Positions 1-8,314 are shown, numbered from the stretch's first letter. The stretch: DNA of 33,761 bases from a virus (IMGVR_UViG_3300047505_000014:1-33761), one strand, 5' to 3'. Program-made: numbers and translations. Notes: a model not told the origin generated them from the sequence alone.

Positions 1-2
1 CT

Positions 3-185
3 GGACCAACGAGTACGGTTACAGGGCCTACAGGCGGTACAGTCACTGGCCCCACAGGCTCCGTTTGGCTCTCTGGTACAGATGCACCGACGGCTGGCCA
101 AGGAGTCAACGGCGACTACTATCTTGTTACTGGTACCACGGGCGCTGGTGACGTTTATCTGAAGGTAACGGGCTCTTGGACCTAG
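3..185 (+). CDS. 3' part of a GPT-repeat tail fibre/decoration protein (5'-truncated by window edge)
   Basis: Frame from nt 3 reads GPTSTVTGPTGGTVTGPTGSVWLSGTDAPTAGQGVNGDYYLVTGTTGAGDVYLKVTGSWT*. It has Thr-rich GPT repeats plus the W-x-G-x-x-x-P...GDYYL...GDVY-x-K...W module common in phage collagen-like fibres. Not in the ORF track. Confidence 0.8.
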   Translation, partial: GPTSTVTGPTGGTVTGPTGSVWLSGTDAPTAGQGVNGDYYLVTGTTGAGDVYLKVTGSWT

Positions 186-195
186 GTAGCTAAAC

Positions 196-240
196 CTCGA
201 CTTGGTCTAGGTTAGATTGTCTAGCCTAGATCAGGTCGGG
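196..240 (+). other. 21-bp RNA hairpin in a TAG...ATG spacer
   Basis: 196-216 CTCGACTTGGTCTAGGTTAGA pairs with 220-240 TCTAGCCTAGATCAGGTCGGG; loop TTG. All 4 non-Watson-Crick positions are G-U on the + strand. Confidence 0.8.
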
Positions 241-252
241 TGGGAGTAGCAG

Positions 253-579
253 ATGGCTGTCGTAAACATCAAAGGTCCTACAGGTCCTACTGGCCCTGCT
301 GGTGGAGGCACGTCTGCCACAGGGACTCATTCTAATGTCACGGGCTCAGCGTCCAATGTGACCCTCCTTGCTTCCAATGCTAGTCGTCATGGTGCAACGA
401 TCTGGAACGACTCGACAGCAATCCTGTATGCAAAGTTGGGCACCACGGCCTCAACGACGAGCTATACAGCCAGACTTGTAGCTGGTGCCTACTACGAAAC
501 GCCGTCTGCTTACACGGGCATCATAGACGGCATTTGGGCTAGTGCCAATGGCTTCGCTCGCGTAGTAGAGTTCACCTGA
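253..579 (+). CDS. Virion fibre/decoration protein (GPT stub plus small beta-rich domain)
   Basis: SD GGGAG at 242-246. Starts MAVVNIKGPTGPTGP. The C-terminal domain is a clear paralogue of 579-842. Confidence 0.75.
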   Translation: MAVVNIKGPTGPTGPAGGGTSATGTHSNVTGSASNVTLLASNASRHGATIWNDSTAILYAKLGTTASTTSYTARLVAGAYYETPSAYTGIIDGIWASANGFARVVEFT

Positions 580-842
580 TGGCTGCTACACTAACCGACG
601 TAGCCTCCTCTGCCTCTAGCGTAACCCTTTTGGCCTCTAACGCTAGTCGTGTAGCTGCTTCCATCGTCAACGACTCCACACAGTTGTTGTATGTAAAGTG
701 TGCCTCATCCGCCTCGTCCACCAGCTGCGTCGTGAAGGTAGCCTCGATGGGCTACTTTGAGGTGCCATTTGGCTATACTGGTATCATCACTGGCATTTGG
801 GCATCAGCTAACGGTTACGCTCGTGTAACCGAGGTCACTTAA
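579..842 (+). CDS. Small beta-rich virion protein, paralogue of the upstream domain
   Basis: TGATG coupling. Shares VTLLASNASR, NDST-x-x-LY-x-K and YTGII-x-GIWASANG-x-ARV-x-E-x-T with 253-579. Confidence 0.75.
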   Translation: MAATLTDVASSASSVTLLASNASRVAASIVNDSTQLLYVKCASSASSTSCVVKVASMGYFEVPFGYTGIITGIWASANGYARVTEVT

Positions 843-901
843 GGTGGCAACTCTGACTTTATTCGACTGGGGCTTTGCTGTGCCCGAAAAGGAGCATCTC
901 G

Positions 902-1195
902 ATGACCTACGCGACGACCTACACAACCTCGGTGGACCCAGCTTTCACGAGCAGGGTCTTCATGGCAATCCGCGAATGCGGGCGGGACATCATCAACGAG
1001 GACCCCGGAACGGCGAACCACGCCAACCGCATCCTGCTCGCGAAAATCGTCGTGGCCCACACGGCGGACTGGGTTGCGACCTTCGCGGCTCGCTTCGCGG
1101 AGATGGGGCTGACTACCGCTTCCACGGACGCCGAACTCAAGACGGCAGGAGCCTCAGTGTGGGACGCGACGGTGACGGAGTCGTACTGGTCGTAG
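902..1195 (+). CDS. Hypothetical phage protein (late module)
   Basis: AAGGAG SD before ATG 902 (MTYATTYTTS...), preferred over the track start at 875. Confidence 0.65.
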   Translation: MTYATTYTTSVDPAFTSRVFMAIRECGRDIINEDPGTANHANRILLAKIVVAHTADWVATFAARFAEMGLTTASTDAELKTAGASVWDATVTESYWS

Positions 1196-1220
1196 CAGTA
1201 TCGCTCGTGGAGGTGCTGCC

Positions 1221-2198
1221 ATGACGATGACGATTACTGGAACTTGCAGCCTTGGTGCCTTCCATGACGCTTTCCAAGTCTGCATCGACTCGACCAATAC
1301 CTACGTCTACGTCGGGAACACTACCGTCAACACGGTCGAGCAGATCCGCATCAGCGATATGACGGTGACGGGAACCTGTTCTCTCAGCGGCAGCCCCTAC
1401 GGCATCTGCATCGACTCGACCGATACCTATGTCTACGTCGCAAACTACACCGGCCAAATAGTCCAGCAGGTCACTATTAGCAGCATGACAGTGACGGGAA
1501 CCTGTGATGTCGGCTCTGGCCACGGTCCCTACGACATTTGCATCGACTCGGACGGTACCTATATCTACGTCACGCTCATTACCGTGAACGAGGTCGTGCA
1601 AATCCGCATCAGCGATATGACGGTGACGGGAACCTGTTCTCTCGGCGCCACCCACAACCCCCGAGGCATTTGCATCGACTCGACCAATACCTACGTCTAC
1701 GTCGGGAACACTGCCGCCAACACGGTCGAGCAGATTCGCATCAGCGATATGACGGTGACGGGAACCTGTTCTCTCGGCGCCAGTCACAACCCCTACGACA
1801 TTTGCATCGACTCGACCGATACCTACGTCTACGTCGGGAACACTACCGCCAACACGGTCGAGCAGATCCGCATCAGCGATATGACGGTGACGGGAACCTG
1901 TTCTCTCGGCGCCAGCCATGACCCCCGAGGCATTTGCATCGACTCGGCCGACACGTACGTCTACGTGGCTAACTACGACGGCAACACGGTCGAGCAGGTC
2001 CGCATCTCGGATATGACGGTGACGGGCACGGCCGACCTCGGGGCCAGTCACAACCCCTACGCCGTCTGCATCGACTCGGCCAACACCTACGTCTACGTCG
2101 CCAACTACTCAGCCAACACCGTCGAGCAGATCTCGACTGGTGTTGAAGCACCAACCACTGATCTTGGCATCTCCAAAGTTCTCAGGATGGTGGCCTAA
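1221..2198 (+). CDS. Seven-bladed YVTN/YncE-like beta-propeller, candidate receptor-binding protein
   Basis: GGAGG SD. Seven ~44-aa repeats of GTCSLG...P-x-x-ICIDS-x-x-TYVYV-x-N...NTVEQIRISDMTVT. Confidence 0.85.
   Translation: MTMTITGTCSLGAFHDAFQVCIDSTNTYVYVGNTTVNTVEQIRISDMTVTGTCSLSGSPYGICIDSTDTYVYVANYTGQIVQQVTISSMTVTGTCDVGSGHGPYDICIDSDGTYIYVTLITVNEVVQIRISDMTVTGTCSLGATHNPRGICIDSTNTYVYVGNTAANTVEQIRISDMTVTGTCSLGASHNPYDICIDSTDTYVYVGNTTANTVEQIRISDMTVTGTCSLGASHDPRGICIDSADTYVYVANYDGNTVEQVRISDMTVTGTADLGASHNPYAVCIDSANTYVYVANYSANTVEQISTGVEAPTTDLGISKVLRMVA
1236..2135 (+). repeat. Intragenic tandem repeat, 132-bp unit (one unit 126 bp), about 7 copies
   Basis: GACGGTGACGGG recurs at 1361, 1619, 1751, 1883 and 2015, with a variant near 1487. 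Confidence 0.9.
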
Positions 2199-2836
2199 TG
2201 CCCATCTACGAACCTAGCCTCGCTGGCCCCACTGGTGGTACAGTCACAGGGCCTACAGGTGCAACAGTCACAGGCCCTACAGGTGCAACGGTCACAGGGC
2301 CCACTGGGCCAGCAAACACACTGACTGGCCCGACTGGCCCCACTGGCCCTTATGTGGCTGTCGCAGTCCTTGCCTCGAACGATGCGAGTTCTGGCGCCAA
2401 TACTACCATGCGAAAGATCACTGGTCTTGATCTCACGACAGGTACCGGTACCTTCCAGTTTAAGTACATCATTCGCTACCAAGGTACAGCCTCGACGACT
2501 GGTAGCAAGTTTGCTGTCAACCACTCGGGCACAGTTTCGTCATTCGTAGCCAACCACCATTGGGCACAGTCGCTTTCGACTGCAGCAAGTCTGACAGCCG
2601 ACCAGGACATTCAGGCCACAGTTGGTCTCTACAGCGTTCATGCTGTACGAGCCAAGAACATTACTGCTGGCCCAAACACGACACTCGACAGCGCAGGGGC
2701 CGATATGCTCTGGATCGTCGAAGGCATGTTCGTCTGCACCGTCGATGGTAACATCGAGCTCTACCACGGCTCGGAGGTTGCAGCAGTCGCTACAGTCATG
2801 GCTGGTAGCAGCCTCGTCCTGACCAAGGTGGCGTAA
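2198..2836 (+). CDS. GPT/Thr-rich repeat fibre protein with C-terminal beta domain
   Basis: TAATG coupling. GPTGGTVT-GPTGATVT-GPTGATVT-GPTG repeats followed by a ~160-aa beta-strand-rich domain. Confidence 0.75.
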   Translation: MPIYEPSLAGPTGGTVTGPTGATVTGPTGATVTGPTGPANTLTGPTGPTGPYVAVAVLASNDASSGANTTMRKITGLDLTTGTGTFQFKYIIRYQGTASTTGSKFAVNHSGTVSSFVANHHWAQSLSTAASLTADQDIQATVGLYSVHAVRAKNITAGPNTTLDSAGADMLWIVEGMFVCTVDGNIELYHGSEVAAVATVMAGSSLVLTKVA

Positions 2837-3387
2837 TGGAATTCCTCCTAATGGCCACCGAGAAGTGGGCACTCGATGACGTTAAGCCTAACATCATCGT
2901 ACCATTTGCCAACGAGCTCAACGACTCGGTAGTCCATAGTGCAATGCGTCTCAATCTTGAGATGCAGGGCCTGTCTCCGCGCTACGAGCGACTCGAGGGT
3001 ACATTCTCGTACGATGCCTTAATTCGCCAGCTTTGGGCAGAAGGCAAGCCGTTCATCCTCGTCGAGCATGACGTCTTGCCTTGGCCTGGTGCGGTGCAGC
3101 AACTCTGGACATGCCCCCGTCCGTGGTGCACCTTTGAGTACTTCATGCTAGGGGAGATGAGAGTCGCCCTTGGTTGCACGAAGTTTGATCCCTCGCAGCT
3201 CGGACCTTGTCCACTTCCAGCAGAGCCGCAAGACTGGCACCAAATGGACTGGCACGTCATTGCCGAGCTTGCTGCCAGATATCATGTGGCCCACCTCCAC
3301 GAACCTGCAGTGTCTCACCTCAACTGGAGTCATCAGCGCATGACTGCTCCAGCTGTGTTCCGTCCCATCGCTGTTGATGCACACTGA
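2836..3387 (+). CDS. Putative small GT-A fold glycosyltransferase
   Basis: N-terminal IIVPF strand; FILVEHDV (ExD variant of DxD); LGCTKF and W-x-x-x-D motifs; C-terminal V-x-HL. Adjacent to a second glycosyltransferase. Confidence 0.6.
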   Translation: MEFLLMATEKWALDDVKPNIIVPFANELNDSVVHSAMRLNLEMQGLSPRYERLEGTFSYDALIRQLWAEGKPFILVEHDVLPWPGAVQQLWTCPRPWCTFEYFMLGEMRVALGCTKFDPSQLGPCPLPAEPQDWHQMDWHVIAELAARYHVAHLHEPAVSHLNWSHQRMTAPAVFRPIAVDAH

Positions 3388-3397
3388 GGGTATAACG

Positions 3398-5332
3398 ATG
3401 GCTAAGGCGCCTCTGCGTAAAGGTCGAACAACACGGGTCGTTCAGGCTAAGACTAAGGCTGTTTCCGCTTCATCTCTGCCTAAGTACGGCCTTGTGATGA
3501 TGTGCAAGGATGAGGCGACAACTATCAGTCGTTGCCTTGAGTCCCTTAAGCCGTACGTTGGTGCGTGGACTATCCTTGACACAGGCTCCACTGACGGCAC
3601 GCAGGACGTCATCAGAGAGACAATGGCAGGCATCCCTGGTAATCTGTACGAGGAGCCGTTCGTCAACTTTGGCGTATCGCGCTCCCGTGCTTTTGCACTA
3701 GCCAAGGATACGGCCAGATGGCTGTTTGCTACTGATAGCGACATGATCTGGCACATCGACGAGGGCTGGGACCCCGATGCTGGCAACTGCGACGCTTACG
3801 ATGTGGCGATGGGCACAGACGGCGGCTTTCAGTGGCGTCTGCCACTTATCCACAAAGGAACCTTGCCCTGGGTAAGCATTGGTGCAGTACACGAATACTC
3901 AGCACTGGCAGACGGCCGCGTCATCGTGTGCCATCGAGCAGACGCTGTTCATATCGACATGACTGCTGCTGGCAATCGTGGCTCGATGGAAAAGAGCCTC
4001 TGGCACCTCAGTCTGCTGGAAGAAGAGCATGAAAAGAACCCAGGCGATCCCCGCACGATGTTCTACTTGGCGCAAACGCTAAAGGACATCGACCGTCTGC
4101 CTGAGGCCCGTGAGTTGTTCCAGAAGCGGGCTGCGATGGGTGGGTTCCTAGAGGAGGCGTACTACGCTCAGTTCATGGCCGCAACGCTCGCGCCTGATTG
4201 GGAGACCCGACAGGCTGAGCTGCTAGCCGTTTGGGAGTCGAGGCCCCACCGACTTGAACCGCTGGCCACTCTGCTGCGCGAGCTCAATAGTCGAGACTTG
4301 CACCACGTAGCCTACCTACTCGCTCAGGTTCCTGTTGGCCCCCTGCCTGAAGACCAGTTCTTCGTCCACGAGAACGCCTGGTGCTGGGGCATCAAGTTTG
4401 AGCGTAGCATTGCTGCCTACTGGGTAGGTCGAAGGGACGAGTCCCTAGTGCTCTGCGACGAGCTGCTGGCCCAGCCTGATTTGCCTGATGCTATCCGCGC
4501 TCAGGTTGAGATCAATCGGGGCTACTCTGCACCGCCGCCCATCCCCATGTTTGGTGAGCTTGACGTCGAGACGGTAGGCTCCTGCAACCGTACCTGCCCG
4601 ACCTGTCTTCGCAACAGTACGCCAGACAAGAAGTCAGTTGCCGGCCGCTTCGGCAAGCAGTGGCAAATGCCTGAGCCGTTGTACCAAAAGGTCATCGACG
4701 ATGCGGTGGCGATGGGGTTTAAGGGCGTCGTGAACCTCCAACACTTCAACGAGCCTGTGCAGGATCCACGGATTGCTCGCTTTGCAACCTACGCAAAGGC
4801 CAAGGGCGTCTTCAGCCAAGTGGTGATGCACAGCAACGGCGACCTGCTGACTGAACGCAAGGCGAAAGAGCTCGACGGTACTCTCGACGTGATCCGCATT
4901 GCTCTCTACGACGACACTGGCGGTCGTCCAATGGACGAGGAGCAGGCAGCACCTCGGCGTGCCCTTCTCGAGTCGTGGTTCAGCAAGACTAAACTGGAGT
5001 GGACCGGAGGCGGCCACCTCGTTACTCACTTTAGCCCTTGGGCTAACCTCGAGCCTGCCATTGCCGAGTGTAGGTCAACCCCTTGTCGGCGCGAAGTGCA
5101 GATGAGGATGATCGTTACCTACACTGGAGAGATGGCTCTCTGCTGCGACGACATCTCTTGCCTTTGGGGTCTAGGCAACGTTGCCGACAAGACAGTCTTC
5201 GAGCTTTGGTATAGTCCAAAGCACGTTGAGATTATGGCAACGCTCAGCCAGGCAGGAGGTCGTGAGGCTTACGACTATTGTCGTATCTGCCCACGACCTG
5301 ACGGCGAATGGCAGGTAGGGCAATATGCCTAG
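3398..5332 (+). CDS. GT2 glycosyltransferase-TPR-radical SAM/SPASM fusion protein
   Basis: GT2: MMCKDEA..I.RCL.S, ILDTGSTDGT, NFG.SR, WLFATDSD, GAVHEY. TPR-like: DPRTMFYLAQT. rSAM: ETVGSCNRTCPTC (CxxxCxxC), FNEP, SNGDLL. SPASM: PC...GEMALCCDD...LGNV...ELW...YCRIC. ATG 3398 follows GAGGG; the track start is 3374. Confidence 0.85.
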   Translation: MAKAPLRKGRTTRVVQAKTKAVSASSLPKYGLVMMCKDEATTISRCLESLKPYVGAWTILDTGSTDGTQDVIRETMAGIPGNLYEEPFVNFGVSRSRAFALAKDTARWLFATDSDMIWHIDEGWDPDAGNCDAYDVAMGTDGGFQWRLPLIHKGTLPWVSIGAVHEYSALADGRVIVCHRADAVHIDMTAAGNRGSMEKSLWHLSLLEEEHEKNPGDPRTMFYLAQTLKDIDRLPEARELFQKRAAMGGFLEEAYYAQFMAATLAPDWETRQAELLAVWESRPHRLEPLATLLRELNSRDLHHVAYLLAQVPVGPLPEDQFFVHENAWCWGIKFERSIAAYWVGRRDESLVLCDELLAQPDLPDAIRAQVEINRGYSAPPPIPMFGELDVETVGSCNRTCPTCLRNSTPDKKSVAGRFGKQWQMPEPLYQKVIDDAVAMGFKGVVNLQHFNEPVQDPRIARFATYAKAKGVFSQVVMHSNGDLLTERKAKELDGTLDVIRIALYDDTGGRPMDEEQAAPRRALLESWFSKTKLEWTGGGHLVTHFSPWANLEPAIAECRSTPCRREVQMRMIVTYTGEMALCCDDISCLWGLGNVADKTVFELWYSPKHVEIMATLSQAGGREAYDYCRICPRPDGEWQVGQYA

Positions 5333-5594
5333 AGGTGTCTTCGATCCACGCATCTTTCAGAACAATGTCTTCCAGATTTCGATCTGGTATTCACCACTTC
5401 CGCATGACCTAAGTACTGCAGTTGCTGTTCGGCCAGGGGCCCAGGGCTTCATCGTAGTAAGGGACGCAGCGACTGGAGTCCTCTCAATGCGCCCTCACCC
5501 GTATAGTGCCTCTGTGGAAGTGCGACCGGACGACGTAGGGGTTGGGCTTATTGAAGTCAGAGATAAAGCTAGTGGAGAGGTAGTCGTCCTATGA
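5325..5594 (+). CDS. Hypothetical protein
   Basis: Overlaps the upstream stop and is coupled by ATGA to the next gene; weak internal (A/V)-x-x-VR repeats. Confidence 0.55.
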   Translation: MPRGVFDPRIFQNNVFQISIWYSPLPHDLSTAVAVRPGAQGFIVVRDAATGVLSMRPHPYSASVEVRPDDVGVGLIEVRDKASGEVVVL

Positions 5595-5977
5595 CCGACA
5601 TTGCCCTCGTCATCGATCAAGGGGACGACGAGGTCATCGACATCACAATCGTTGACCCTGACAGCACCCCCACCGACCTTACGGACTGCAAACTTTGGTT
5701 CTACGTAAAAGAGAGGATATCAGATCCAGACTCAGCAGCAGTCCTTGCTAAGGACAGCGATACAAACGGAGGGATCACTATTGCAGCCGACCCTACTGAC
5801 GGAACGGCGGAGGTAGCCATTGCAGACACTGAGACTGCTGGCCTAGCCTCGGATTTGCTTGACCGTAAGCTTCGCTGGTCGCTTCAAGTCCGAGACGGGT
5901 CGCAAGAGGCCCTGATTACTACGCTCGCTAAGGGCACCCTTCTTATCAATCGTGACCTCATTACGGCTACGACGTAA
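5591..5977 (+). CDS. Ig-like/BppU-N-like virion protein
   Basis: I-x-QGD...DLT...F-x-VK...GI-x-I...G...I...T pattern typical of small acidic phage baseplate/tail proteins; SD GGAGAGG. Confidence 0.55.
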   Translation: MTDIALVIDQGDDEVIDITIVDPDSTPTDLTDCKLWFYVKERISDPDSAAVLAKDSDTNGGITIAADPTDGTAEVAIADTETAGLASDLLDRKLRWSLQVRDGSQEALITTLAKGTLLINRDLITATT

Positions 5978-6019
5978 GGAGCTTCACCTCCACGACGCCG
6001 CCCAGTAAGGAGCGTCTGA

Positions 6020-6616
6020 ATGCCCAAGGTCATTGCCCGAAACGAACACGACGAGCATCTGATCCTCCGCGACAAGACCGACCGTCGCGAAGCGAGGATG
6101 CGTACGCGGTACGAGCGAAAACTCGCTGACCTTCGGATCAACAAGGAGGTGGAGCTCAGTGGAGCCCGGTTCCATGAGGTCGATGCTCTTCTTGACGCCC
6201 ACAACCTATCGCACGAGCGTGAGCACGTCGCCACGGCGCAGAGCATCACCACGGCCACCGAGACGCTGCGCCTCCAGATGGACATACAGGCAAACGCGAT
6301 CATGGCCCTTCAGGAACTCGCCCGGTCACACATGACCGTGGAACGGTTCGAACGAGAGCACAAGCTACTTGCGGATCGTCTCGACGACCGCTGGAACGAG
6401 GCACAGGCGGGCATCCGCGGCGAGGAGAACGTCACGCTGCGGCAGACGACATCGGCTGAGGCGACGAAGGAAATCCTCTCCATTTCACGACAGGCTGCCG
6501 ACGCATCCGCGACCAACCGGCGCTGGTTGATCGGAATCTCCGTCGGACTCGTCTTCTCGATCGTTGGGCTACTCATCACCCTCTTCTCGCTTCTGGAGCA
6601 CGAGAACACGATATAA
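6020..6616 (+). CDS. Coiled-coil protein with C-terminal transmembrane helix (lysis-cassette membrane protein)
   Basis: AAGGAG SD; charged helical body; TM segment WLIGISVGLVFSIVGLLITLFSLL. Confidence 0.65.
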   Translation: MPKVIARNEHDEHLILRDKTDRREARMRTRYERKLADLRINKEVELSGARFHEVDALLDAHNLSHEREHVATAQSITTATETLRLQMDIQANAIMALQELARSHMTVERFEREHKLLADRLDDRWNEAQAGIRGEENVTLRQTTSAEATKEILSISRQAADASATNRRWLIGISVGLVFSIVGLLITLFSLLEHENTI

Positions 6617-6634
6617 GTACCAAGGAGGTCAACA

Positions 6635-7336
6635 GTGCCCGTCCAGACAACAGATCACGGTCTTGGGGCAATCGAGTCGCCGCCTGACGAACGGGACTAC
6701 GACATCGCAGCAGCCTATGAGTCGGCAGGCGTCACCCCGCCGGTCTCGCTTGCCAACATCTACACTGTTGCCGGAATGCCACCAGTCGGCAATCAGGGCA
6801 ATACGCCTCGTTGTGTTGCCTTCTCCACCGCAGGAGTCAAGAACTGGCAGGACAAGAAGGACCAGGCCAAGTTCTTCGACTTCGATGAAGGTCACTTCTT
6901 CCGCGACATCGGCGGCACGAGCCAGGGTGCCTACCTCCGTACTGCGATGGATCGCATGCTGCGAGTCGGCTATCCCGTTGTGAGCTGGGTTAATGCCAAT
7001 GAGCGATGGCACCGCATTCGCGCCTACTACGCAGTGCCGAAAGCCACGCTGGCAATCAAGCAGGCCGTCGCCACCTTTGGTCCTCTGAACACCGCAAGTC
7101 CGTGGTACAACTCCTGGATGCATCCAGTTAACGGCATGCTTCCAGCTGCTGACTACGCAATCGGTGGTCACGCCTATATCATCGTTGGTTGGGATGACAG
7201 CCGGGGAGGTGGAGCTTTCCGTTGTCGCAACAGCTGGGGTACGAGCTGGGGCCTTGGTGGCGACTTCTACATCAAGTACTCGGTCTTCGTCAGCCGCGCC
7301 TACGAGATCTGGAAGTCTCTCGACGTAATCGATTGA
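6635..7336 (+). CDS. Papain-family (C1A) cysteine peptidase
   Basis: AAGGAGG SD with GTG start. NQGNTPRCVAFS (oxyanion Q, catalytic C), GGHAYIIVGWDD (H), RNSWGTSWG (N). Confidence 0.9.
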   Translation: MPVQTTDHGLGAIESPPDERDYDIAAAYESAGVTPPVSLANIYTVAGMPPVGNQGNTPRCVAFSTAGVKNWQDKKDQAKFFDFDEGHFFRDIGGTSQGAYLRTAMDRMLRVGYPVVSWVNANERWHRIRAYYAVPKATLAIKQAVATFGPLNTASPWYNSWMHPVNGMLPAADYAIGGHAYIIVGWDDSRGGGAFRCRNSWGTSWGLGGDFYIKYSVFVSRAYEIWKSLDVID

Positions 7337-7337
7337 C

Positions 7338-7670
7338 ATGGCCCAGCAGTACGCAGCCGCAACCCGAAAGACGAACAACTGGCTGTCGACACACCTGACA
7401 CCGGCCAAGGTGCAGGGCGTGAAGCGCGGAGCGCGCTACTTCGTCTACCAGATCGTTGGCGCCGTCGCGGCTAACGCCGCCGCCCTTGCCGCCATCGTCC
7501 TGACACAATGGAGCTACGATCCGGCGATTGTCATGGTCGGAAGCTGGGTCGTCGCCTCGGTGGCCGCTGCTGGCAAGCGGACCGTTACCTTCAACGCGGC
7601 GCTTGCCTCTGGTAGTGCACCACCAGACGAGCCAATGCCAACCCTCACCCAACTAGGAGGAACACCATGA
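7338..7670 (+). CDS. Holin-like membrane protein
   Basis: Two hydrophobic segments; directly follows the peptidase. Confidence 0.55.
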   Translation: MAQQYAAATRKTNNWLSTHLTPAKVQGVKRGARYFVYQIVGAVAANAAALAAIVLTQWSYDPAIVMVGSWVVASVAAAGKRTVTFNAALASGSAPPDEPMPTLTQLGGTP

Positions 7671-7894
7671 TCTACGGACGCAGCACCGCACTTTGGGCAG
7701 GCCTCGTGGCCGCGGTCCTCAACGTTATCGGTCTTGCTTATGTCGTCATCAGCGGCGCCCCGCTCGACGCCAATACCGTCGCCTTGTTCGCCGGCATCAA
7801 TGCGCTCGCCCTGGCAATCATCGGCGTGCTTGCCAACGTGAGCGTGACCGGTACCTACTTTGGTCGTGGCCCCGGTGTGGGCGGTAGAAGGTAG
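7667..7894 (+). CDS. Holin-like two-TM protein
   Basis: AGGAGG SD, ATGA coupling, two TM helices, basic C-terminus. Confidence 0.65.
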   Translation: MIYGRSTALWAGLVAAVLNVIGLAYVVISGAPLDANTVALFAGINALALAIIGVLANVSVTGTYFGRGPGVGGRR

Positions 7895-7946
7895 GCAGTA
7901 GGCGCAGCGCTAACCAGGCCCGTCAGTTAGAGAAGAGGAGTTGCAA

Positions 7947-8294
7947 ATGTCTCTTGAAGGAGCAATCGTCGCACGGTTCGTGGCCGATGTCACCGCCCTC
8001 ATCGACGGTGGTGCAGAGGTCGTCGAGGCCATCGGCAAGGTCGCCGGAACCACTGTTGCCTCGGCAGCAGACTTTGGTGAGGACCTCACTGTTGCTGCGA
8101 CCAGCGTGGTCAAGGGTGCCATCGTTGCAGCAGCCGATCTTGCAGTCACCGCTGAAGCTGCTGCTGCCGCCGCTGCCAACGGGGCAGTCAACGCTGCTGC
8201 TGACGTGTCCGCAAACGCTGCGGGTCGTGTCCGCGACACCATCACTGGCGTGATCGACGGCGTTCAGGTCGTCGTGAACGCGGTCATCGAGTAA
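7947..8294 (+). CDS. Ala/Val-rich acidic helical protein
   Basis: GAGGAG SD before ATG 7947; low-complexity amphipathic sequence; last + strand gene. Confidence 0.6.
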   Translation: MSLEGAIVARFVADVTALIDGGAEVVEAIGKVAGTTVASAADFGEDLTVAATSVVKGAIVAAADLAVTAEAAAAAAANGAVNAAADVSANAAGRVRDTITGVIDGVQVVVNAVIE

Positions 8295-8314
8295 AGTCGA
8301 CTATCCCAACACAT

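Noticed and set aside
180-256. T4 gene 60-type ribosomal hop with matched codons
   Set aside because: No ACC landing codon in the downstream frame; the in-frame TGG at 241 is followed by TAG at 247. Simple amber readthrough also hits more stops and stays in the wrong frame.
1137-2051. Long antisense ORFs (also 6629-7408 minus and 26146-27189 plus)
   Set aside because: Shadow frames of repetitive or GC-rich genuine genes; no motifs or RBS.
1221-2198. DGR target or CRISPR array in the propeller repeats
   Set aside because: Repeats are in-frame coding units; no reverse transcriptase, non-coding template repeat or unique spacers are visible.
4550-5332. rSAM/SPASM domain as a RiPP maturase
   Set aside because: No RRE domain or convincing precursor peptide nearby; fusion to a GT favours sugar chemistry.
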